Source: Felis catus
Taxonomy: Eukaryota
DNA length: 64,000 nucleotides
Reading direction: 5' to 3'
Assembly (NCBI RefSeq): GCF_018350175.1
Contig: NC_058368.1
Location: forward strand, 85,066,001 to 85,130,000
A program made the translations under genes and the position numbers. Below the pieces are notes generated by a model. It was not told the origin of the DNA. It did no database searches and worked only from the letters and a program-made list of their open reading frames with translations. Of this stretch, positions 1-11,358 are shown one piece after another. Positions within the stretch are counted from its first letter, which is position 1, and every line of letters begins with the position of its first letter.

Positions 1-1
1 C

Positions 2-553
2 CCATTGCGTTATCCCATTATTATGAGCCCCAGGTTCTGTATGCACATGGTTTTAGGTTGTTGGATTGGAGGCTCTATAAGTTCATTTATCCATACAGTC
101 TACCCTATGCATTTTCCCATCTGTGGGTCACGGGAGATCCACCACTTCTTCTGTGAGGTCCCAGTCCTCATTAAGCTCTCCTGTGAAGACACTTCAGTGT
201 ACCAGTTAGTGGTGGTGGTGACAAGCATTGTGTTGCTTGTTGTACCTTTCAGTCTCATCACAGTTTCCTATACTCTCATCTTCCTCACTGTATTTCGTAT
301 GAACTCTGTCAAAGGCAGGAAAAAAACTCTGGCCACTTGTTCTTCCCATCTAACTGTGGTGAGTCTCTTCTTTGGCCCAAACATATTTATCTATATGACT
401 TTCACTTCCTCCCATAGTGCAGAGGAGGACCAAGCTCTTTCTGTGTTCAGCAATATCCTAACCCCCATGTTGAACCCCCTCATCTACAGCCTGAGGAACA
501 AAGAAGTGGTGGCAGCTCTCAGGAAGTTTATGGGAAAATGTGTGACATTTTAG
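2..553 (+). CDS. Olfactory receptor, C-terminal part (from the loop after TM3 through TM7); 5' part lies outside the window; family OR2-like
   Basis: Open frame PLRYPIIM...HFFCEVPVLIKLSCEDT...GRKKTLATCSSHLTVV...PMLNPLIYSLRNKEV ending TAG at 551-553; no disablement in the visible part. Confidence 0.93.
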   Translation, partial: PLRYPIIMSPRFCMHMVLGCWIGGSISSFIHTVYPMHFPICGSREIHHFFCEVPVLIKLSCEDTSVYQLVVVVTSIVLLVVPFSLITVSYTLIFLTVFRMNSVKGRKKTLATCSSHLTVVSLFFGPNIFIYMTFTSSHSAEEDQALSVFSNILTPMLNPLIYSLRNKEVVAALRKFMGKCVTF

Positions 554-1544
554 TGCTTGAAAACTGCTCCCCAGCTGTGAAAAGGATATATGTATAGCAT
601 GGGAAAAGATACAGTTGAAAAACAATTTGAAATACTGTTGCAGGGAGTATGGACAGAGAGGCAAAAGATGAGTCCACAAAGTGCGGTTAAGTGAAGGTCC
701 TCATTCTCGAGTAGGAATGAGGCCCCGACTCCAGAATGAAGCTTCTTTTTATTAGGATAATTGCTAAAGACTACATGCATAAAGTCAGCTAAGCAAGTGT
801 ATTAATCAATCTAATGGTTTAGCTTTTCAAGGTTGAATTTCAAGTTAATTGGTTTCTATAACACCAGGAAGGGTCAGGTGTGAAGGAGGATCCGGCCCTG
901 GCCAATGTTAATGGTTCTAGATGTTCCTTATGAGCCTCAGTGTTGTTCAGCTGTGTAAACATGTCCTAAGGCCTTGCACTTTCTCCCTCCCTTCCCTTTT
1001 AAAGTCTTTTTCTTTGATGCTTCTCTCCTGTATCTCCCACAAAATACCAACATGATGTTGTGTGGTTTCAGGAAACCAAGGTGATTGTGGCTTTATGTAA
1101 AGAGAACTTTTCATGTATGATTTTCTAGTATTCCAATGCAAGTTTCTTTACTTATAAATGTCATTGTGACATTATTAAGTTAAAAAAAAAGTTAATATTT
1201 TTTTTCCTTCAGAATTAAGTTTTCTCTGAAATCTCTGACATTATAAAGTTTTCTTGTAAATAAAATAAGAATCAATGTCTGGGACTCAAACTGAACACAG
1301 ATTTCTTGACTTTGGCATTAGAAGTAGCAAGTTTAGAGAAATGTAAGAGGAGAATGGAATAGCAGCATCTGGAGCTTGCCTCCTACCATGGACACAGTGA
1401 GGTAATAGCTACATCTGTGCAACTATCTCAGAAAACAACCTGGATACAACTGGAAGAAAAATATTCCACAGTTAATCATAGAGAGAAGACCACATCAAAA
1501 AGGGAAAGACAGGAAAAGACTTGGTTAGGAATTTCAGTGAAATT

Positions 1545-1584
1545 AAGAAAAGAAAAAAAAAAGAAAGAAAGAAGAAAGAAAGAA

Positions 1585-1616
<32 letters not shown>

Positions 1617-1695
1617 AAAAGAAAGAAAGAAAGAAAGAAAAGGAAAGGAAAGGAAAGGAAAGGAAAGGAAAGGAAAGGAAAGAAAAGGAAAGGAA
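1545..1695. repeat. Compound polypurine microsatellite (AAAG)n/(AAAGG)n
   Basis: About 150 bp of A/G only. Confidence 0.95.
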
Positions 1696-2769
1696 CATCA
1701 CAAGCATAAAGAAGCAAGAGGATCAGCCTCCACACCAGGCACCCTTGGTCCTGGAGACCTGCATTGGGAAGAAGTGTCCCCATAACTTTTCACTTTAAAA
1801 ACCAGTGGGGCTTAAAGTTAGGGGCTTGACAATTAGCTGGCTAAACTCTAAGGTAGCTGATGGGTAATAGCCAATGAATTCCACACTTTTAATGAGTCAT
1901 AACACTAAATAACTCAGCCCAAGACACAGCATAGAAATAGCAGTTTGAAAACTTGTATGGTGATGATTTATTGACTAATCTTAGAATGTGTGTGTGGGGG
2001 GGCGTGGGCAAGGACCTTTAGATTTCTCTAGGAACAAAAGTGCTAGCAGGTTCCATATATTTTCCCCTCACATGGCCAAGATACCTAGAGGCTTGAAGGA
2101 TACAGAAATAGCACTCTCCATCAAACTTGTTATAACTGTGCACCCTGTCTTGGTATTCTCTTGAAGACCTGCATCATCCAAACCTCTCACCTTGGTATGC
2201 ATTTTTCTAAAATGACTCCTGCCCTGGGGAGCGGGTGGAGATATCCCCACAGACCACCATGCTTGCAGTTCTAACAACCTTGTGTCTTAGCAGGCTGTGC
2301 AGGAAGAAAGACCTGCCATTTGGTGCAGTCACAACTGTGACTAGTTGCTTACAGCTAGGCTAACTGACAGCCCTCCCCACCAGCAAGCCCACAGTGGCCT
2401 CATTCATGTCTTTCATCGGTTCAGGGATGAAGAAATGCCCACTGCACCCACAGAAGCAAAGTTAGTCATTGCAGAGAGCTGAGCTGAAGGCAATTTCAGC
2501 TCAGCTATAACAGGAGACTGAATGCTGTCCTCACAGTGGACACCCCTGGAGCACTTGGTTCTAGTGACCAGGGAAATGCTTTATAAGACAGTCCAGGACA
2601 TCTTCTACACATGACCACTACACTCAAAACCAGGGAATATACCTGACCTATTTAATACATAGAAACAAACACAAAGAATCAAAATGAGGACACAGAGAAA
2701 TATGTCCCAAATGAAGGAACAAGGAAAAAAAAAGTAAAAAAGATAAATGAAGTGGAGATAGCAATAGGT

Positions 2770-2975
2770 CTTTTTTTTAAGTTTATTTTGAGAGAGACAG
2801 AGATAGCAGAAGTGGGGGAGGAGCAGGGAGAGAGGGAGACAGAGAATCCCAAACAGGCTATGCACTATCAGCATGGAGCCTGATGTGGGGCTTGAACTCA
2901 CAAAACCGTGAGATCATGACCTCAGCCAAAACCACGTGTCAGATGCTTAACCGACTGAGGCACGCAGGCATCCCA
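2770..2975 (-). mobile_element. Can-SINE inserted in L1 ORF1
   Basis: T-tail, (GA)n, gagatcatgacctcagcc...cttaaccgactgagg. Confidence 0.9.
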
Positions 2976-4907
2976 ACAACATGTCTGATAAATAAAGTAA
3001 TGGACAAAGATATTCACTGGACTTGAGAAAAAAGTGGATGAACTCATTGAGAACAGCACAGAGATAGAAAAAAAAAATATATATATATATATATAGGGTC
3101 TGGATAATGCAACAAGTGAAATAAAAAATACAGTAAAGGGAATCAGTAGTAGATTACCGAATGCAGAACAGGTCAGTGATGTGAAAAACAGAATAATGGA
3201 AATAAACCAAGCCTGACACCAAAGTAAATAATAATAACAATAACAATAATAATAATAATAACAATAAAAATAATAATAATGCAATAGGTTAAGAGAATTC
3301 TGTGATATCATTAAGCATAATACCACTCACACGATAGGGATCATAGAAGAAAAGAAAGAAATGGGGCAGAAAACTTATTTGAAGACATAATAGCTAGAAC
3401 TTTCCCTAATAATAAGAAGGAAACAGGCGTTAAGATCCAGGAAGCACAGTGAACCTCTAATAAGATGAACCAAAGGAGGTCCAAGTCAAGATACATAATA
3501 ATTAATATGACAAAAAGTAATTATGAAAAGAAAAATTTAAAAGCAGCAGTAGAAAAGAAAACAGTTACATACAAGCAGAACAACATAAGGTTATCATCTG
3601 GTTTTTGTTGTTTTGTTTTGTGTTTTTGTTTTTTGTTTTGTTTTGTTTTGTCTTTAGAAGATACTTAGCAGGACAGAAGGGAAAGTCATAATATACTTAA
3701 AATGTTAAAAAAATAAAACAAAACAAACAAACAAAAACCTAGAACAAAAATAGTCTACCAAGCAAGGTTATCATTCAGAATTGAGGGAGAAATAGGTTCC
3801 CAGACAAGCAAAAGTTAGCATTTCATCACCACTAAACCTGGTATTTAAGAAATGTAAATAAAATTGTTTAAATGGAACGAAAAGGCCATAACTAGATGTA
3901 ATAAACCATAAAAGTTAAAATTTTCAAGTTGAAGCAATCACATAATAAAAGTAGTAATCACGTAGGAAGATAGTATAAAGGTTAAAACATAAATAGTAAA
4001 ATCAATTATATATTTTAAAAAGGCAAAACACTCATAATTTTAAAAATGTGAAATACACACACACACACACACTACATGACACACAATATATAAAATGCAT
4101 GTAGAAGGGGTAGTAAAAATTTAGTGCTTATAAAATTTCTTCAAATTTAAGTGACCATGAACTACATAAATGACCATACACATAATATATCATATATGAA
4201 CCTGATGGTAACCACAGATCAAAAACTTACAATATATACAAAAAATACTAATAAAGAGAAAAGGATCCCAGATTAACACTAAAGAAAATCATCAAACAAC
4301 AAGGGAAGAGAAAAAAGAAGAAAGAAAGTCAAAAGATATAAACAAAAATAACAAAATGGCAATAAGTACATAACTACCAATAATTACCTTAAATGTAAGT
4401 AGACTAAATGATCAATAAAAAGACATAAGGTGACTAAATTGGTTAAAAAAATAGACTTATCTGTATACTGCCTACAAGAGATTTATTTGAGACATAAATC
4501 CACATACAGACTGAAATTTTAACAAATGGAAAAACATAACATGTAAATGTAAGCAAAAATATAGCTGAGGTGGCAATACTTATGTCAGAAAAAAATAAGC
4601 TTTAAAGGAAAACCTGTAACAACAGGAAAAGAAATTTATTATATAATGATAAAAAATATTAATTCAACAAGAGCATAAAAGATTGTAAATAACTATGAAC
4701 CTGACACAAGAACAAGAACAAACATAAAGCAGATATTAACAGAAGACAGGGAAATTAACTTTCCACCTACATCAATGCATAGATAATCCAGACAGAAAAT
4801 CAATAAGGAAAAAAAATGGTATTGAACAATACATTACATATGATAGACATAACATATATATAATATTACATCCCAAAACAACAGAATGCACATATTTTAT
4901 CTTATTT

Positions 4908-5205
4908 TGTTGGAGAAGTAAATAAAGTATGCCAAAGACGGCCAATGGGGCTAAAATAGATTCTGGTCTCTAGCTTAGAGACACCTCCTCTGGGTTCTTC
5001 TTCCTTTGTTTTCTGTGCATGTGAAAACCCCCACAGATATGGAAGCTGACAATGGTAAATTACCCTCCCCAATTGCATTCCGGGCTCAGACCTTTGGAGA
5101 AACAGTTTCCTCTGGGCCCACTGGTGTTAAATAAATCTCCAATCCACCAAGATCTCTGAGTGCCTCTTGGTTTTTCTGCCAGTGTTCCAGCCTGGTTCCC
5201 TAACA
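4908..5205 (+). mobile_element. ERV 5' LTR
   Basis: TGTTGG...CTAACA termini; AATAAA at 5130-5135; aligns ungapped to 12870-13167. Confidence 0.95.
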
Positions 5206-5209
5206 TACT

Positions 5210-5227
5210 TGGTTCCCAGACCAGGAA
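5210..5227 (+). promoter_or_regulatory. Primer binding site, tRNA-Glu
   Basis: TGGTTCCCAGACCAGGAA versus the tRNA-Glu 3'-end complement TGGTTCCCTGACCGGGAA (16/18), 4 nt after the LTR. Confidence 0.85.
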
Positions 5228-5555
5228 ACCCTACCACGCTGGCCTATTGTTGCCACCAGTTTGGGAAAACAGTGAGGCAGTGACAGAGTGAGGGATCGCA
5301 AGGGAGAAGGTGTGCCCTGACTGAATTTTGGTAGTCTCCTCAGTTGCCTGGGGCCAGCCCTGCTCCATTGTTCCCACCAAACTCAAAGACACCTGGTAGG
5401 TGAGGACCTGGGCCTGACATCAGAACTGGTAAGACCAGGGCCCCAAAGAAGTCAGACCCACCCAAAAGAGTAGAAGGGGGACCTGATCAATCCCTGGAGG
5501 CCTTAACAGGTCTCACAGGTAGAGAATTTTGCAGGAAGGAATGTAATAGACTTTG

Positions 5556-5558
<3 letters not shown>

Positions 5559-5595
<37 letters not shown>
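5559..5595. repeat. (TG)n microsatellite in ERV leader
   Basis: Direct sequence. Confidence 0.9.
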
Positions 5596-5598
<3 letters not shown>

Positions 5599-5910
5599 AA
5601 TGTGCAGCTTGGCCAGGCTTGCCAGTAGAGTTTGAGTTTGTGGCTCCAGGGACGGGCATGCTTAAGGTCCCCAAAAGTCTACAGAGTCTGAATGAGCTTT
5701 CCTGTGTCCTGGTGAGCCTATAAGGTCTAGGGTGGTATCGGATCAGATTCTGATCACAAGTCACAAAGCTGAGTCTGCTATGACCAAACCTCACCTAAAG
5801 TTTCCCTCAGTAATGTGACCAGAGGAGTATCTGATTGGTCCTCTCATTCGAGGGGGTAACCTCCCTTTGTCTTTCTTTGCAACACCGAACATGAGAAAAA
5901 AAAATTAATA

Positions 5911-7538
5911 ATGGGATCAAAACAGAGTAAGCCTATGATTTTAGAGATCATGCTCAAAATTTTAAAAAGGGATTTTCAGGTGATTACAGGGTGAAAATGA
6001 CACCGAGGAAGTTAAGGACCTTTTGTGAACTAGAATGGCCCATATTCAATGTAGGATGGCCATCAGAAGGGACAGTAGATGCTCAAATAGTGCAGCAGGT
6101 TTGGCTAGTAGTCACTGGGAACCCAGGCCACCCTGAACAATTTCCATACATCGACTCCTGGCTTGAAATTGCCTGAAACCCCCCACCTTGGTTGCTATTC
6201 ATCATTAGCAAACGGATCCAGGCAAATGTTTTAGCCACTTTATCCAGAGGCTCACCCAGGGAGCCAAAGAAATGGCCCACCGCTCCTTTAATATTTAAAG
6301 GAAACGTGGAGGATGATATTGTCTTTCCACCTCTTTATGACTCTCCAAGCTTCCTCCCCACTCTTCCTGAGCTTGAAACTCCTCCCCCATCTGTCTCTCC
6401 CCTGCAGCCACAGTTGCCAAGGCCTCAGTAGCCTTGGCAGTGGACACCACTGCAACCACCACTGCAGTCAGCACCACCTATCTTCCCGCCCCTCTTGAGC
6501 TGGAGAATCCTACCCCACAAGGGCCAGCAGCCAGACTGCACCCCAGATCCAGACCTCAAGCTGTCCAAAAACTTGTAAGGGAGACAAGAGAGCCTGAAAG
6601 ACAGAATGAAGACAGAAGAGTCCAGCCCAGCTGTTCCATGATGTATTATCAAACTTCCTCTACAACCGACCTCCTCAATTGGAAACACAACACTGAAAAG
6701 CCACAAACAGTGGTTGACTTGATGGAGTCCCTCTTCCAGACCCACTGACTGACTTGGGAAGATTGTCAATAGTTACTTCGTACTCTGTTTAATACAGAAG
6801 AAAGAAGAAGAAGGAGAGAAACGCAACAGTACCTAGATCATGCACCACTGGGGATTAATGACCCTGCTGTCTGGGCTCAAGCTGCCATGCCTGAAGAACA
6901 CCCAACATAGGATTATACCACAGAAGAAGGACAGGCCTCAAGACAATACCAGGAAGCCCTCCTCCAGGGAGTCCAAGCTGGAGCCAGAAAGCCCATGAAC
7001 ATGACTAAAATATCATCAGTCACACAGCACCCTGGGGAGTCTCCCAGAGACTACTATGAAAGATTATGTGAAGCATACTGTGTATACACCCCATTTGACC
7101 CCGAGGCACCAGAAAGTCAACAGATGGTAAAGACCTCTTTTGTGGCACAGGCTGCCCCAGATATCAGAAGAAAACTCCAGAAGTTGGAGGGCTATGCTGG
7201 AATGCATATCACTCAGCTGATAGAGGTCACCAGTAACGTTTTCATGAACAGAGAAGTCGCAGCCGAAAGAGAAGCTCAGAGAAGACTAAAAAAGAAGGCC
7301 ACCCTTCTGAACAGCAGCACTAAAAGAAACAGACGCTGCAAAGATGGGAAGACCCCAACCACAAAAATGGGGGAAGCCCAGAGCCCCCTTAGCAATGGAC
7401 CAATGTGCATACTGCAAAGAGAATGGACACTGGAAGAATGAATGTCTGAATCGGAAGGGGCCCTCAAAACCCAGCCGATATTGGAAGGAACTTTGAGGCA
7501 AGAACCTCATTGATCTGTTTGGGGTAAAATCAGACTGA
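5911..7538 (+). pseudogene. gag: ERV gag (MA-CA-NC), frameshifted and with stops
   Basis: MGSKQSKP myristoylation start; LRTFCELEWP..VGWPSEGT; DLLNWK; MHR-like QHPGESPRDYYERL; zinc knuckle CAYCKENGHWKNEC (7404-7445); TGA at 7536-7538 in frame with pro. Confidence 0.92.
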
Positions 7539-10500
7539 GGGGGAATGGGATCTTTCTCTCCTAACCCCCATGAGCCCACAATCAAAATGAAGGTAGGGGG
7601 ATGAACAATAATTTTCATGGTTGATACTTCCCCATTGTTACTCCATTGTTACTTCCCCAGTGGAACCCATAAGCCAAGAGATGGCAATCATACTTGGGGC
7701 TACTTGGGACAAGGGCAATGCAGCAGCCCTCTGTCAAGCTCGACAATTTGAACTTGGGGGTCACAATGTCCGGCATGAGTTCCTCTACTTACCTGACTTA
7801 CCGATTCCTCTTTTGGGCCAGGATCTGCTCTCCAAATTTGGGGCCTAGATAGCTTTTGAACCCACTGGACACACTAGCCTCCAATTAAACCCAAGACAGA
7901 AGGAAACCCTAGTCTTGGCGATTACCCTGCCAAGGGAAGAAGAATGGAGATTATTCTGCCCCCATGCCCTACCCTGTAGACCCTCAGAATTCAGGTTTAC
8001 ATTTCCCTTCATATGGGCTGCAGATAACCCACCTGGACTAGCATGGAGTCAGGCCCCCATCATTGTTGACCTGATCCCTGGAGCCCAACCTCATACACAA
8101 AGGCAGTACCCCCTTCCACTCAAGACTAGAATGGCTATACAAGAGCACCTGACCAAGCTCAGAGAAGCAGGTATTCTAATTGAGTGCCATTCAGCTTGGA
8201 ATACACCACTCTTGTCAGTCAAGAAGCCAGGAGGAGGATACAGACCACTACAGGATTTGAGGACCATTAACAAAGTGGCTGTTTCCTTACACCCAGTGGT
8301 TCCAAACCCGTATAGTCTCCTCAACCAAATACCGGGGTCAGCCAGATGGTTTACATGCCATGACCTAAATGATGTTTTCTTCTACCTCTACCTGGCTCCT
8401 CAAAGTCAACCATTGTTTGCCTTTGAATGGACTGAGCCCGTTACAGGGCGCCAGATGCAGCTTACCTGGACACGACTTCCCCAAGGTTTCAAGAACTCAC
8501 CCACTCTCTTTGAGGAAGCACTATCTGCAGACCTCACCAATTTTCCAAGGTAAACCACAGGGTGTGTCCTCCTCCAATATGTAGGTGACCTCCTCCTTGC
8601 CAGTGACAACCAAGAAGACTCTATGAAATGTACCAAGGCCCTCCTGCAGCAACTGACCTACTCAGGGTACTGGGCCTCTTGGAAAAAGGCACAAATTTGT
8701 CAGCAGCAGGTCTAATATTTAGGCTTCTTCCTCACAAAAGGAAAAAGAGAACTAGGACCGGAAAGGAAGATAGTTATCACCACACTGCCACAGCTCCAAA
8801 CAAAATAAGGCTTGCATGAATTTTTAAGGGCCACAGGGTTCTGTCGCATTAAGATTCCTGGATTCTCAGCAATAGCAAAGCCCATCTATGATCTGTTGGG
8901 AGGGCCAGATGAGGAGCCCCCTCGCATGGACTGAGTAGGCAAGGGCCGCTTTCACAGAAATAAAGTTGGCTCTGGGGTGAACCCCAGCCCTGAGTTTGCC
9001 TGACATAGAAAGACCTTTTAACCTCTTTGTACATGAAAAGGACAAAATAGCCCTTGGAGTGCTCCTTCAGAGCATGGGGCCAGTGGCCTACCTGTCAAAA
9101 AAACTTGATCCTGTGGCTGCAGGATGGCCACTATGCCTCAGAGTGCTGGCAGCCACAGTTCTGCTCATCAAGGAGGCAGACAAACTCGCACTGGGACAAA
9201 CACTTAATGTTAAGGTCCCACAAGTGGTCATGTCCCTCATGAGCACCCAAGGATATCGTTTCCTCTCCAATTCTCAGCTGACACAATACCAAGGCCTTCT
9301 CTATGAAAACCCAAGGGTCACTCTCGAAACAGTAAGAACACTAAACCTGGCCACTTCCCTTCCCGTGGAGGAGGGAAAACCCGACCATGACCATTCTGAA
9401 GAAGTGAACGAAGTCTATGCCAGCCTCCCAGACCTCCAAGACCAGGCTACCACAAGCCTGGAGATCACCCTGTTCAGTGATGGGAGCAGCTATTTACAAG
9501 AGGGCAGCCTAAGAGCAGGATATGCAGTAACCACAACCACTGAAGTTCTGGAAGCCAAGACCTTGCTGGAAGGATGGTGGGCACAATGGGCTGAACTGTA
9601 TGTCTTAACCCAAGCCCTCATCCTTAGCAAAGGTAAACGAGCTAACATCTACACTGATTTCCGGTATGGCTTCACTACTGTGCACGTGCACAGGGCTGTC
9701 TATAAAGAAAGAGACCTCCTTACTGCTGCAGGGAAAACTATCAAAAACAAGGAAGAAATACTAAAGCTTCTTGAGGCCGTATGGCTGCCAGACAAGGTAG
9801 CTATCCTACACTGTAAGGGATATCAGAAAGCAGACAACCCCATAACTCAAGGAAATTGCCTGGCTGACGAAACAGCCAATGCAGCTGCCTGTGGTGACCT
9901 AGGGGAAGCTCCTACCTACACTATGACTTTTGCGCCCCAGAGGGAAGCCTCCCTTCCCCTGTACACAAATGAAGAAAAAAGTTGGGCCTCGACAGAATGG
10001 AGCACACTAAGCAAAGAAGGATGGTGGGTCATGCCAAATGAGCACTTCTTTGTCCATTGTCTATGGGAAAACAACTAGTGAAGGAATATCACCGACTTAT
10101 GCACCTAGGGAAAACTCCACTGGAGGCCCTCCTCAAAAAGAACTATATCAGACAGCTGCTGGCATTATGCTGAGCTGTCAGTGAACAATGTGTAACGTGT
10201 GCCAAAAACAATGCTTGGTCTGCCCCACAGCCCCTGCCTGGCACGCAAAGGATGGGAGCCACCCCTTTTGAAGACTTAGAGGTGGACTTTACCCACATAC
10301 AACCAAATAAAGGGTTCAGGTACCTTCGTGTAATAATCTGCACATATTCAGGATGGGTCGAAGCATTCCCGACCAGAACAGAATGAAGTTGCAGGGTGGC
10401 CAAAACCTTTCTACGTGAGATTGTGCCTCAGTTTGGTCTACCCTTAACCATACACAGTGATAACAGACCTGAATTTGTGTTAGACATTATACAAATCCTG

Positions 10501-11090
10501 GCAAAATCCCTCAACATTACCTGGAAATTTCACACTGCTTACTGACCCCAGAACTCAGGGAAACTAGAGCAGATGAATCACACCCTCAAGGAAACCCTGG
10601 CTAAGTTCCACCAAGAGACTAATCCTGCATGGCAAGATTTACTACCACTGGCCCTCCTGCTTGCCAGATGCATGCCTGGGGCACTGGTATTCTCCCCTTT
10701 TGAGTTATTATATGGGCGACCCCCCCCCCATGTTTATGAAAACTTCCAGGAGACCTACACGAGATTGGAGACAAGAGAATAATAGAACAGATCCAGACTT
10801 TCAGGGAAGTCCTAAATAAGTTACAGAGATACACCATAGTGAAGGCCCCAATTTCCTTAGGGACCTCCATTCACCCTTTTCAGCCAAGAGACTCTGTGTG
10901 GGTCAAAGATTGGAAAATGGATGCTCTTAGACCATGGTGGACTGAGCCTCATACTGTTATTCTAACAACTTCTACAGCCCTTAATATTTCAGGTTTCACC
11001 CCATGGGTCCATCACTCCAGAGTTAAGAAGGCAAACTCAGAACCCACAACCTGTGAAGTGATCCAGATCCAGTTAACCCATTTAAAATGA
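7539..11090 (+). pseudogene. pol: ERV pro-pol (PR, RT, RNase H, IN), disabled
   Basis: FMVDT protease remnant; WNTPLLSVKK, QDLR, LPQGFKNSPTLF; YVGD (8578-8589) in place of YVDD; FSDGSS RNase H; VDFT, WVEAFP, SDN, EQMNHTLKETL integrase. Confidence 0.95.
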
Positions 11091-11358
11091 CCCTCAAAAA
11101 GGAAAGTATCCCCTGAGACCTTCAGCCCTCTTTCAGCCACACCCCAGAAGCTGGCTGGCCTGCATACAGCAGAAACCTGATGAATCAACATGTGAACCTA
11201 GCCCAGGAGTTTGGATGCAACTCTGCCAGCCCTTGTCCCTTACTGGTGCCATGGCCCTCATCTTACTTCTTAGTCTGTCAGCAGTGCTGATAGGGACTGC
11301 ACCAACAAGCTGGACATGGGACAAAAGATGCATGCTGACTCTCACACACCTCCTCTGG

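Larger units (their letters stand above)
1345..4893 (+). mobile_element. LINE-1 copy A, 5' part (5'UTR, ORF1, ORF2 endonuclease), decayed; interrupted by SINEs and the ERV
   Basis: ORF1-like text (gatccaggaagcacag, ttcatcaccact) and ORF2 start aaaatggcaataagtacata near 4355; resumes at 13618. Confidence 0.85.

Noticed and set aside
1417..1785. K/E/R-rich ORFs and the antisense F/L/S-rich ORF
   Set aside because: Translations of the purine microsatellite
8996..10078. 360-codon pol ORF as a domesticated gene
   Set aside because: Non-ATG start, only a connection/RNase H remnant with substitutions at conserved sites; compatible with neutral decay
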